From IMG/VR virus record IMGVR_UViG_3300035135_000708, positions 1 through 38,562 of that record: 38,562 nucleotides of DNA; one strand, 5' to 3'. Source of the DNA: a virus. Its lineage: Duplodnaviria > Caudoviricetes. Numbering within the stretch: the stretch's first letter is position 1; the number at the start of each line of letters is the position of its first letter. This document shows, in pieces, positions 7,901-15,972 of this stretch. The notes beneath the pieces were generated by a model. That model ran no database searches. It worked only from the letters and a program-made list of their open reading frames with translations, and was not told the origin of the DNA. Made by a program: the position numbers and the translations under genes.

Positions 7901-10557
7901 CTCATAGCAAGAATACACAACTGTCTTGTGTACTCAATTGCTCTTACTGTTTGGATAATTTCTTGATCAACAAAGTCGATTTGAGTTCCAACAATATATC
8001 TCTTTGCTGCCTCAATAATATTGTCATTACTACCATACTCCAAATCCATCAACAGAGAATGGATGATAATCTTAAGGTCTCTAGTACACTTATAATCACC
8101 AACAGGAATATTGAAACTTGGATATTCTTTCTGGGATGTTACTCCATTAACAGTACAAGAAACTACAATACCTTCAATTTTTACAGTCTGACCATCTGTA
8201 AAGGTTGGTACACTTCCTAGTGTAATAGTACCAACACCACTGATATTGTTATAATTTAAATCTGTTACTGTAAAAGTTTGTCCTCCATACGAAACAGTTC
8301 CTCCACTTACATAAGTATGTACAAAATTGTTTGGATTTGTATATACTTGGAACGTACTAGCATTAGTATCTACAGCAGATACTTCAAAATACTCTTTCGC
8401 AAATTCTTTGTTAATCTGACCTACAACTTCCGCAGCAATAAAATCAGCATTGTTTCTAATTAAATTACAAGCATCTTGATATCTTCTTGCAACATAGTTT
8501 GCTCTTTCAAACTTGTTTGGAGAGTTTAGTAGCGTAAGGGTAACATAATCAGCATAAGACGAAACTGTTGCTGATGCTGGAATATAATTTGAATTAGAAT
8601 ATGCGGTTTTCTTTGGAATTACAAATCTTCTAGAGCGACCATCAGCATCTTCTAAAACTTTATAAATTCTCTGCTTTCCATTAAGGAAAGACAAATCTGG
8701 ATTTGAAGTTGGTAGACCACTGATGATAACTTCATCACCTTCTCTAAAGTTATGAGTATTGTCTCTTCCTAATAGTTCATTTGTATAGAATACAATACCA
8801 CCAAGATCCTCAGCATTTCCTTCTACTTCATAACCAAATCCATTTTGAGCAACTTCCGCTGTTCCTTGTAATGTAGTATCAATTCTGGCAATTGATAACG
8901 TATCTGTTAAATCAATTCCAGTAGATACAACTTCACCTTCTGCTCTAATTGATTTTAGTCCAACAGCAACAAATTCATAAGTTACTTCATTTGGAGAAGT
9001 ACCAATTTCATACTCAAAAGTTTCACCGAGGTTGAATGAACCACTTACAATATCAATTTCTACAGAACCATTTACAAAAGCATCTGGTTCATTAGGATCT
9101 GTCTCATCGAAAGTTACTGATGTTACTACACCAACAGCACCAGTGTTAACACCTCGTACAGTTTCTCCAACTAATAGTTGATTTGTTCCTGTATTAGTTT
9201 GGAAAGTAACACTAATTTTTTCTGGACCAAATATCTGATGACCAATTGGGAAGTTTCTTCCAAAATCACCACCAGCATTTCTATCAAAATAAACTCTTTG
9301 CTTGTCATCAAATACCATAGCAAAGTCCCATGTTGCTACGGGATCACCAGCAGAGTTGATTTGGTCTCTAAATGTTACACCAATAACGTAGTTTTTATCG
9401 CCAAATTTAAAGATGTGCTTGCCAGGATTGTTAGGTCTAACAATTACAAGACGTAGGTTATCACCAACAATTGAACAATCTGGTGGGATTGAAATTGGGT
9501 TATCTTCTACATAATCACCACCAGCGATGATAACAGTTTCTTTGACTCCTACAGTTTGTGAAGCAATCTGACATGCTCTCTTAATTGTTCTTACTGGAGC
9601 AGCAGCAGATCTACCATCGTTTCCATCATTACCAATAGACTGAGAAACATACACACGACCACCAACGTCATTCGTTGCTAGGTTGAGGACGTATTCTGTA
9701 GTAGCAATCTTGTCAGATTTGTCTCCTAATTGTGGAGTAATAGATCTTGGGTAGATACCAGAATCTCCAGTTTCACCATATAAAGGAAGATCTGGATTGA
9801 CTACTCTAAAACCAACATGCTTCAAAGAAGCATCGCCATTTGATTCAATACCGTCTTTATGAGTAGGACCTACAACACCAGAAAGACCTGTTTCTAAAAC
9901 CTCATAAATGTTTGCTTGCTGGTAATAAAATTCTCCTTTTTGTAAGATAATATTAGCAGCCCAAGGAGTGCCACTAGCATTTCCCCATGTCTTTAGATTT
10001 GGTGCTCTAAAGTTTGCATCTGGAGTAATGAAGTTATCAATATCCAGGTTTAGAATTTTTGCCGTATCAGAAATGATAGATGTAGATGTTCTGATAGCAC
10101 CATTGATATCAAGTTCAAAATCAACAGTATCTAGAACAGCAGTAGCAGCAGCACCAGATCCACCACCACCTGTAATAGTTACCGTTGGTGCTGATGTATA
10201 TCCAAAACCTTGTTCATCAACAACGATAGCAACAACTTGACCGTTATTGATTAGAGCAGAAGCAAGAGCTCTAGTACCAAATGCGATGTTATTTGGATCT
10301 GGATATGATAACTCAACATTAGGAGCAACAGTATAACCAGAACCACCTTGATTCTCGTTTACTGTAATAGATTCAACTTTATTACCAGTCCTGTTAATAC
10401 CAAGTCTAGGTAATTTAGTTGACGGATCTAAGAGTGTTCGGAAAACTTCCTTCTCGTCAGATCCACTTCCAGATCTAACAATAAAGTTGTCGGAACCCAG
10501 AATCTTAGGTTCAGTTCCAGATAAAATCTGTTTATCTACATTAAAATCTAAGCTCAT
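1927..10557 (-). CDS. Large tail fibre / fibre-like virion protein (2876 aa)
   Basis: GSGYTxAPxV modules, a beta-helix-type start (VYVSQSIGNDGNDGRS...TIKRA...IAGGDYVEDNPI), two GLDADxLD repeats, a VLKAGDTMTGDL fibre motif and a C-terminal KSFxIxHP...LEGPE domain. Located downstream of the baseplate genes. Confidence 0.85.
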   Translation of the reverse strand: MSLDFNVDKQILSGTEPKILGSDNFIVRSGSGSDEKEVFRTLLDPSTKLPRLGINRTGNKVESITVNENQGGSGYTVAPNVELSYPDPNNIAFGTRALASALINNGQVVAIVVDEQGFGYTSAPTVTITGGGGSGAAATAVLDTVDFELDINGAIRTSTSIISDTAKILNLDIDNFITPDANFRAPNLKTWGNASGTPWAANIILQKGEFYYQQANIYEVLETGLSGVVGPTHKDGIESNGDASLKHVGFRVVNPDLPLYGETGDSGIYPRSITPQLGDKSDKIATTEYVLNLATNDVGGRVYVSQSIGNDGNDGRSAAAPVRTIKRACQIASQTVGVKETVIIAGGDYVEDNPISIPPDCSIVGDNLRLVIVRPNNPGKHIFKFGDKNYVIGVTFRDQINSAGDPVATWDFAMVFDDKQRVYFDRNAGGDFGRNFPIGHQIFGPEKISVTFQTNTGTNQLLVGETVRGVNTGAVGVVTSVTFDETDPNEPDAFVNGSVEIDIVSGSFNLGETFEYEIGTSPNEVTYEFVAVGLKSIRAEGEVVSTGIDLTDTLSIARIDTTLQGTAEVAQNGFGYEVEGNAEDLGGIVFYTNELLGRDNTHNFREGDEVIISGLPTSNPDLSFLNGKQRIYKVLEDADGRSRRFVIPKKTAYSNSNYIPASATVSSYADYVTLTLLNSPNKFERANYVARRYQDACNLIRNNADFIAAEVVGQINKEFAKEYFEVSAVDTNASTFQVYTNPNNFVHTYVSGGTVSYGGQTFTVTDLNYNNISGVGTITLGSVPTFTDGQTVKIEGIVVSCTVNGVTSQKEYPSFNIPVGDYKCTRDLKIIIHSLLMDLEYGSNDNIIEAAKRYIVGTQIDFVDQEIIQTVRAIEYTRQLCILAMRNWRVGTGLVTEPIYVPKYAASIPRYFDDTVITTTAGVNADGSASDGTACADVKSAIDTLAYLFVDVLANNASGTLLDAAYLIARNRDLIVDQALIDTQITYPSLSLSTFGEYKCRRDSNIILTNLIRDLVLGGNAGIVTAGESYYTGSDLTGLPASEVAPTIYAFSKVKDYAINAIRNWTDGSASAAPVYATATNATYNSNTGDVTVTIADPATTLTTSDRIAFKEGAITWTCSSNGSGDLASPTFQDRNSGRSLAIDSVSSSGGSTTFTVNVGDAGSVQGVAHTFASALANGIVLIYEPLTANSSAIPRFDDWNILPDPSNPDCATVVSAITTSMDLLEDILDGTVAPGGTTKTYGTLYDTTSIINYASTTLYDADNRKITPTAVYDDLPIIEASPYTQNSSIISFLGGSGALVDGSKVKSPNCPFPGLEPDLTASFPNQGKSMVASAFTIVSFGGTGYKIVDDGYTQLVSVFVIFCEDGILAETGGYASVTNSATNFGTYALRATGFRSEPYTFDVGQIVGVSSSTGTNRTQFRVSGLGREPLEHYVVKLDGYKNHNPDIEYFVDTVEQVTVGPPFEALLTLESGAGGAAEFEDVSNPGVIVGNSLAEFSGVTISLHRPSIVNSSSHTWEFAGSGTNYNALPENGGTKIEANEQVPQNYGRVYCSGTDELGDFKVGTFAKIENRTGAITFTGTVTISEVEFLKLKGGDVVVTGFDASNTLGGANSTDSKLPTQKAVKDYITNNLGPYLNKPYSTNAVPRALVELTDSGKISIDQIPALRPFSVFTVADQAERLALEGALAGDIAIQQDNNVSFILNNDLSSLYVGFPIDSSLVFNTGDIYTGSNTGGRIQATEYRQGVVYQLNITDAGSGYTSAPTVTINHAGNAPSVEAKAVATIANGQVVTLTLITFNNYIGGLGYDAQPTVQIAAPGGGGTTATASALIESRVYGDIVNNIKIDDTDSIDDSDSPANTVSINRVVNTSSNIANNWVSLSATQISATDITSGIISTSRLALNSSAANSFTFLRGDQAYAPAVQSFKSAETRYFGILSSQANNGSSQLVFPTNADVLKGHEVKSTVNGIQANTTISTVVTAAGFTTITLNNPVNQNIPVGTVIEFERSASPLTLESSFTQGNFVDDIVIVNSGSGYTNNQYFDIPLDGGTGTGLKANIIVAGGEVTELTVTDGGTGYSADFIVTPLPAQIGSGSNLVLAAKLSTQNKQYANVSIDINRVTDATISSDLFGTVGVARFLKSQFDIGDSGNGSVQLKTGSDSGLDADLLDGAQGVYYTNASNLSAGTVPIERMSGTYNIGISGQSGNTLRLISSTNNPTSSPNPDTFSTGIVANTLNNTATSLSDGGSRALIMTLRNFGSSTDATGGGARQLGFTDNDNMWIRGSGSTLTSWGTWYKIWSSGNDGVGSGLDADRLDNKQGSWYQNALNINTGTLSDNRLPVYQTHKYFENQLSIRAAAGNPRYRIYVEGQLLTTSPFLAGQQVNLYDADAQGTGTILINAIPTNVDNNDATNNYSIIEGVLQTGTFTGAVSIGTTAISVPFQDFSLDDAGTFEVNKLYSASGTGILALGRVDGVAATSPAIHFRSSLTPATGGYNVALTATGGGTTLGSGTLNATVANSDGFTINNNIIWNAGNITFASNNVANTAVKRDASGNFSAGTITANVTGASSLNVLKAGDTMTGDLQWSQTNRGLVWGFNTDGASIKFYNTGNTDTNSRLEFNVNDDANEFFRWTGTQGGSVREFMKLVPASSDYNGRLSIRGVTTIEANHTGSDPYAQLVVKGRGTGATSYTGILLDNPAGLQSHLRFADNGSIKCQIRWQAGTTQDNKLKIYSYIVNQDFVTFDAAQGNMGVGTTSPSSNYKLQVAGAFAATSKSFCIEHPTKENHNLVYGSLEGPEHGVYVRGKASKVIELPDYWTALVDENSITVQLTPIGNHRAWVEKIEDNKIFIDGGESFYFVQATRKDILPLEVEVELPTEEKE
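6865..8481 (-). repeat. Two tandem phycobiliprotein-like helical domains within the tail fibre
   Basis: YQDACNLIRNNADFI...KCTRDLKIII...GSN...AMRNW...ACADVKSAIDTL and LLDAAYLIARNRDLIVDQA...KCRRDSNIIL...GGN...AIRNW...DCATVVSAITT. Confidence 0.7.
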
Positions 10558-10590
10558 TTTGCTCTATCTGGCAGATGCTTCTTACTCCTT

Positions 10591-10598
10591 TATTTATC
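10591..10598 (-). promoter_or_regulatory. Probable late promoter variant GATAAATA upstream of the tail fibre gene
   Basis: 7/8 match to TATAAATA in the short intergenic gap, overlapping the upstream TGA, 33 nt before the ATG at 10557. Confidence 0.65.
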
Positions 10599-11109
10599 AA
10601 GGAGCAGACCAATCAATACTAACAACTTCTGTGTAAGCAACCCATTTAATCGTATCTGTTGTGCCACCTCTGTTAGTAGAGTAACTATACTCTCCAGGAC
10701 CACCAGAACCATATGAAGATACAGACCAATTTTGTCCAGTTGGAATAGAATCTTTTATGGTAGTTTTTAATTCACCTAAAATCAAAACATTACCACTACC
10801 ATCTACAGTAGCATTTGTTTCAAATTTTACTGCATAATGACCTGTTCCCGTAGCATTCACACCAATAACTTTTGTTGTAATAAAATTGATTGTGTTATTA
10901 GATATAGTTGGAACAGCAACACCATCTGTTGTTAAAATTGTATTGTTAAGTCCACTCGAAATATAAGCATGTTTTGTGGAATTAGTAAAATGCTCATTCT
11001 GAATTGTCACCGTGTTGATGTTCAGAATGTTTCTACTATCATCTAAAACAGTTGTCTCGTTAATTCCAAATCCATATTCGGAATTAAAAGTTTTATTTTC
11101 TATTGCCAT
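10597..11109 (-). CDS. Hypothetical, probably virion structural protein (170 aa, beta-rich)
   Basis: Intact ORF packed between two fibre genes (2 nt gap upstream), Thr/Asn/Ser/Gly-rich. Confidence 0.75.
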   Translation of the reverse strand: MAIENKTFNSEYGFGINETTVLDDSRNILNINTVTIQNEHFTNSTKHAYISSGLNNTILTTDGVAVPTISNNTINFITTKVIGVNATGTGHYAVKFETNATVDGSGNVLILGELKTTIKDSIPTGQNWSVSSYGSGGPGEYSYSTNRGGTTDTIKWVAYTEVVSIDWSAP

Positions 11110-11111
11110 TG

Positions 11112-14100
11112 TTATTTCTTAATCGATGTGGAACTTGAAGTGATAACAACTACATCACCAGTGGTCAAAGATTGCTCCATGGTGTATGAAATTTGAACTT
11201 CTCCTGATGGAGCAAACGAGACAGTATAGGTAAACTGCTCTTGCCCAGTATTTAGAGAAGCATACTCAGAAATAAAGATATCAGATCCTTTTGCCAAAAG
11301 TTGAATCTCTGTAGTATGAATATCATTCGTTGTTGTATTTTCGGCAGTTACAGTTACCTTTGCAGATTTTGATACTGCTGGATCATAAACAATGAAGTTG
11401 GCAGTTTCTGTTGCTCCTCTAGTTACAGTAAGATCAGATGTCTTGATAACAACATCATCTAACTCTAAGAATTTTGCTGTGTAATCTAGAACCTCTAAGT
11501 TTGATACAGCATTTGATGTATCAAAAGATCTGTTTACTCTTAACGAACCATCATCAGATAATGTGAATGATGTATTTGGTGCTCCACCAATTTTACCAAA
11601 AGCAAATTCAATATTATTAAGACCTGTCTCCAATACAGAAGATACATTATTATATGAATATGATTCTAATGCTCCTAGAGTTAATGTAGCGTCAAATGTA
11701 ATATTTGATGCTTTGAATGTTAATGGTTGATAAACAGAACCAACAAAAGTAAATTCTACTCCATTGCCATCATTCTGAGCACCAGTTGTATGAGTAGGAG
11801 GATTACTTCCAGTGGTTCCAGCAACAGTTACTTCGTAAATATAGTTATCTGTGTAGACTTGCTCATTAAGAACAACAGCGATACCATCTTTCCATAATGT
11901 TTTACCATCTGTAGCTACAGATTCAATAGTATTATTGGTAACTAATTCAATATTAGTTTTATTGAATCTGCAAGTGTTTACCGCATCATTATAGAAATAT
12001 AAAATATTGTCATTAGCACCTACAGTTTCTTCTGCTAAAATGTAAGTATTTCCATCTACATCTCTTACACCGCCAAGTGAAATAAAGTCACTACCATTAG
12101 ATCCTTCATATTGTTGAGTAGAACTATTGTATCTAATAATACCTAAAGTAGAAGCAGATGGTCTGTTTGTGGATGTTCCAACAGGAACTTTAACACCACC
12201 AGTTCCAGTTACTCTTAGTAGATTTGTAGATCCACCAGGAGAAATTGTAATATCTTCTGATGCTTGATTAGAAATTGTAGAGTCAACAATAGAAATTTTA
12301 TCGTTTACATTAATAGACTTAGTTTTTAATGACTCTGTGGTAGCAAGACCAGTGTTAGTTTCTAATTTAATTACTTCAGTTACTGTTACTGTTCCAATAG
12401 TAAGAGTAAATGTACTTGTTGGAGTTCCTGGTAACAGAGGGAATGATAATACATCACCATTAACATAACCAAATCCATTATCAACAATATCTACAATTTG
12501 AACTGTTCCTAATGCTCCAACAAAAAGCTGTGCTGCGAGAGTTGGCGCTGAACTTACTGTTCCTGTATTAACTTCAATTAAATTATTATGATCGAATGTA
12601 ATCTCATCGCCTGGAGCATATCCACCAGATCCTTCTGATGCTATGGCAATAGCAGAAACCGCTCCACCAGTAATTGTAATATTAGCGGTAGCACCAACAC
12701 CACTACCGTCTGTGTTTAATGCAACGTTTGAATACTCACCATCCGAATAACCAGCACCAAGAATACCAACCAAATTTGATACTAGGAAAGTAACATCTGC
12801 TGGAGTAGATGTTCCATCACCAAATACTGTACCAGCAACAGTGATAACATCATTAATAGCATATCCTAAACCTCCACCAGCAGTAACCCCAGTTACTGTA
12901 ATTGTGAGATCATTGGTAATATCAGTACCACCAATACTAGATCCGAGAATAGTAATTATATCATTGGTAGCATAACCTTGACCATTACTAACCAAAGTAA
13001 CTGTTGCTGTTCCAGCAACATCTCTAACAACATTAAATGTTGCTCCAGATCCAGAACCATTAGTGGATCCAGAAACTCCAGAATGTGAACCTAGTGAATC
13101 TGCGGCAACAATATTAATGGAATTTGTGAAATTTACAATTTCTCCAGATACCAAAGAAACACTAGATACAGCACCTGTACCATCAATTACAACGTCAAAT
13201 TTAGCATCAATACCAGAACCACTGGTAGTATATGCTACTTTATTATAAGTGCCTGCCAATCTCAATGGATCTACAGATGTAGTGACAGTTCCAATTGTGG
13301 CAATTCTTCCAATAGGAACAGAGAATGCTACAGTAATGTCAGCATCTAATCCATCACCAGTTCCACCAGAACCAGTAACACCACTATATGTTCCTGATGT
13401 ATATCCTGCTCCAGGAGACGAAATTGATGTAGCAGTAATTTCTCTCTTATAAGTTACAAAATCTCTAAAGGATGAAGATTTTATTGGTTCAAATCTAATT
13501 AATTCACCTGTCTCTCCAGTTACGGAAACTGATTTATTTGTAGAGTTAGCAGATAATCCAAGTTTTTCATATCCTTCAAAAGTATAAACAGGAGTTGATA
13601 CTACTCCTGTTGTTGGTGCGATATATTTTCCAGAAACAATAGCACTTCCGCCAACATTTAGTGCTTGTGATGGAGTCACTCCTCCAATTGAGACAGTTGC
13701 TCCCGAATCAGAAGCAAGTTTTACATCTCCATCAATTGAAGCTGATCCATCTACTTCAAAATCTTCAACTAAAGGAGTTACTGCTGGATCTCTATTAATA
13801 GAAATTTTGTTATTGGTAGAATCAACATAAAGGGTTCCACCAAAGGTAGCATCTGATGTAAAGAACAGATCGCTATTTGCTGTAAGAGTTCCTTCAATTA
13901 CAGTATCACCATTAGCAGCAACAGTAAATAAATCTGGACCTAGATTGAAAGTTCCACCTGCTGTAATATTTCCTTGTAAATCTGTAGTTCCCGTATTTAC
14001 AAATCCAGTTGCAGTAGTATTTCCTAGTGTAGTTGTGCCATCTTTCAATACAGAGAATGTAGTTGTTGGAATAACACCAGAGACAGTAACAGATAATCCA

Positions 14101-15779
14101 GATCCAGCAAGAGCAGCTTCTCCAGAAACTGTAATTGTTCCTTCTCTATTATTAAATCCACCTTCATCTTTGTGAGCAGCACCCTCTGATGTTCCTTCAC
14201 CACAGAAATAGTATAATGTAGTTGGTGTAGTTGTTCTTGGAACAATCGATACAACGTTAGTTAAGTATGAATAGTCAACTTCAATTCCAGTATAAGTCTC
14301 TCCATATATTGTTGGAACTGCTTGAACAATACCATGGAATCCATCTCGGTCTTCGCTAAATCTAAGTGGATGACCAATGTTTGATGGATCAGACTGATCA
14401 AAATTATATCTTACATTTTTCTGAAACGTAAAATCGGGAATGTTGGTATAGGTTGTACCACCATCAGAACTAAAATAGTAATTTAATGCTGCTGTTAACT
14501 GACCAACTTCTGCTTGATTTCCATTACCATCATCTGCTTGTAGTCCAGCAGAGAAATTTAAATTGATATCTCTTACAGTTACAGCATCAATTTGATTACT
14601 TCCATTTACAAATCTTTTTACAATTTCTTTGGATATTCCATTGTATGTTAGAGTATCACCAACATTAAATCCTGTTGTTGGTAAAGTTCCTGTAAATTCT
14701 ACTAACTGAGAATCTAGAATTTGTACCAAATAAGTGACAGTATTTACTAGTTCACTTGATGGAATATCAATAGAGTCACCAACTTTATAGTTATCACCAC
14801 CATCAGTGATAGTAACGTCTGTAACTATACCTACCTCAGTAACAGTAAACGAAAATCCAGATGGATTATTAATAGGAGCGCCACCAGCACTTTGAACATC
14901 TGCTGGTAAAATAGTTAAGACATCATTTGTTTGATAGTTGCCATCACCACCATCAGTAATCTCTACACTAGTTACTTCTCCACCACCAGTTAGAGTAAAT
15001 TCAAATCCAGTGACACCACCAATATCTGATGGATTAGCACTTAAAACATCTCCTGTCTGATAACCATTACCAAATGCTCCAACGTTAAATCCTTGCTGGA
15101 AGAAAACACCAATAACACCAACATCTTGTCCAATTTGTGCTACGGTAACTTCTGCAGCAATAGCACCAGAACCACCGCTAGTTACATTTGTTAGTGGAAC
15201 ATTCGTATATACGTTAGCAGTTCCACCAGATCCAGCAGTTGTAATGTTACCACCCATGGTGGCAATCTCTAGAGTCGCTTCTGCTCCAGTACCATTACCA
15301 CCTTGTAAAGGAACTTGAGTATATGTTCCTCCTGCATATCCACCGCCAGACTGGAACGTTCCATTCATGCTAACGATTACTGATGCTTTAGCACCAGATC
15401 CATTACCTCCAGTAACTCTTGTTTTTGGATATGATCCTACATTATATCCTGAACCACCACTACCAATCGTAACTGAATTGATTGGTGTTGATAAGTTTTG
15501 GATTTTCTGTAATAATGTAAGAGAGTCTTTATCAAAAGACGCAACGGAGTTTCCTTCAGCTCCAATGAATAGTTGCTTTCCAACGCTTGTTCTGTATATA
15601 CCTACATCATTTGCGTTTGTGAAAAACAGTGATGGTTGATCAACATTGCCGTCAGAAAGGCTGAAAGCACCTTCTCCAGTAGCAACTGATAGATCAAATA
15701 TATCTTGACCTATAGTGTTGATAATTTGCCTTTGTCTTTCAAAGGTGTCTGTTTTAGCAACGAATCTAAGAACTGCCAT
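11112..15779 (-). CDS. Virion structural / fibre-like protein (1555 aa)
   Basis: N-terminal VAKTDTFERQRQIIN baseplate-anchor-like motif, many G(S/A)GYxxGxY..V..GGxGxGA repeats, PVGTSTNRP...GIIRYN...YEG fibre motif, a W...YEV..AGTTG..PPTH module and a cupredoxin-like module. Confidence 0.8.
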   Translation of the reverse strand: MAVLRFVAKTDTFERQRQIINTIGQDIFDLSVATGEGAFSLSDGNVDQPSLFFTNANDVGIYRTSVGKQLFIGAEGNSVASFDKDSLTLLQKIQNLSTPINSVTIGSGGSGYNVGSYPKTRVTGGNGSGAKASVIVSMNGTFQSGGGYAGGTYTQVPLQGGNGTGAEATLEIATMGGNITTAGSGGTANVYTNVPLTNVTSGGSGAIAAEVTVAQIGQDVGVIGVFFQQGFNVGAFGNGYQTGDVLSANPSDIGGVTGFEFTLTGGGEVTSVEITDGGDGNYQTNDVLTILPADVQSAGGAPINNPSGFSFTVTEVGIVTDVTITDGGDNYKVGDSIDIPSSELVNTVTYLVQILDSQLVEFTGTLPTTGFNVGDTLTYNGISKEIVKRFVNGSNQIDAVTVRDINLNFSAGLQADDGNGNQAEVGQLTAALNYYFSSDGGTTYTNIPDFTFQKNVRYNFDQSDPSNIGHPLRFSEDRDGFHGIVQAVPTIYGETYTGIEVDYSYLTNVVSIVPRTTTPTTLYYFCGEGTSEGAAHKDEGGFNNREGTITVSGEAALAGSGLSVTVSGVIPTTTFSVLKDGTTTLGNTTATGFVNTGTTDLQGNITAGGTFNLGPDLFTVAANGDTVIEGTLTANSDLFFTSDATFGGTLYVDSTNNKISINRDPAVTPLVEDFEVDGSASIDGDVKLASDSGATVSIGGVTPSQALNVGGSAIVSGKYIAPTTGVVSTPVYTFEGYEKLGLSANSTNKSVSVTGETGELIRFEPIKSSSFRDFVTYKREITATSISSPGAGYTSGTYSGVTGSGGTGDGLDADITVAFSVPIGRIATIGTVTTSVDPLRLAGTYNKVAYTTSGSGIDAKFDVVIDGTGAVSSVSLVSGEIVNFTNSINIVAADSLGSHSGVSGSTNGSGSGATFNVVRDVAGTATVTLVSNGQGYATNDIITILGSSIGGTDITNDLTITVTGVTAGGGLGYAINDVITVAGTVFGDGTSTPADVTFLVSNLVGILGAGYSDGEYSNVALNTDGSGVGATANITITGGAVSAIAIASEGSGGYAPGDEITFDHNNLIEVNTGTVSSAPTLAAQLFVGALGTVQIVDIVDNGFGYVNGDVLSFPLLPGTPTSTFTLTIGTVTVTEVIKLETNTGLATTESLKTKSINVNDKISIVDSTISNQASEDITISPGGSTNLLRVTGTGGVKVPVGTSTNRPSASTLGIIRYNSSTQQYEGSNGSDFISLGGVRDVDGNTYILAEETVGANDNILYFYNDAVNTCRFNKTNIELVTNNTIESVATDGKTLWKDGIAVVLNEQVYTDNYIYEVTVAGTTGSNPPTHTTGAQNDGNGVEFTFVGSVYQPLTFKASNITFDATLTLGALESYSYNNVSSVLETGLNNIEFAFGKIGGAPNTSFTLSDDGSLRVNRSFDTSNAVSNLEVLDYTAKFLELDDVVIKTSDLTVTRGATETANFIVYDPAVSKSAKVTVTAENTTTNDIHTTEIQLLAKGSDIFISEYASLNTGQEQFTYTVSFAPSGEVQISYTMEQSLTTGDVVVITSSSTSIKK

Positions 15780-15972
15780 TTCGTACTATCTCTTTAAGGA
15801 GCTGTTTAATTTCAGATATTTCTTCCTTCAAGTTATTTATGTCTTCTATAGCAGCAGTGAGGTTTTTAGACTTTCTGCGTGCATCTAGTGCGGAAGCATC
15901 ATTGTTGATGATAGCTCCCGTACTAGCGTCTCTCACAAGACCATCGTGACCTTTTACTTTTATATAACTCAT
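15766..15972 (-). CDS. Small conserved T4-like marine phage protein (68 aa) with C-terminal coiled coil
   Basis: YIKVKGHDGLVRD..TGAIIN followed by heptads DINNLKEEISEIKQLL. TAATG coupling to the upstream gene and a 14 nt overlap with the downstream gene. Confidence 0.8.
   Translation of the reverse strand: MSYIKVKGHDGLVRDASTGAIINNDASALDARRKSKNLTAAIEDINNLKEEISEIKQLLKEIVRNGSS
15834..15841 (-). promoter_or_regulatory. Possible late promoter variant CATAAATA inside the 68 aa gene, serving the 1555 aa gene
   Basis: ATAAATA core 54 nt upstream of the ATG at 15779. It lies in coding sequence, so chance is not excluded. Confidence 0.5.

Noticed and set aside
10558-10590. AAGGAG 27 nt upstream of the fibre ATG with a small hairpin (ATCT-GCC-AGAT) that might shorten the spacing, as in T4 genes 25 and 38
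   Set aside because: The stem is only about 4 bp and weak, and a transcript from the adjacent promoter would probably start within or after the AAGGAG.
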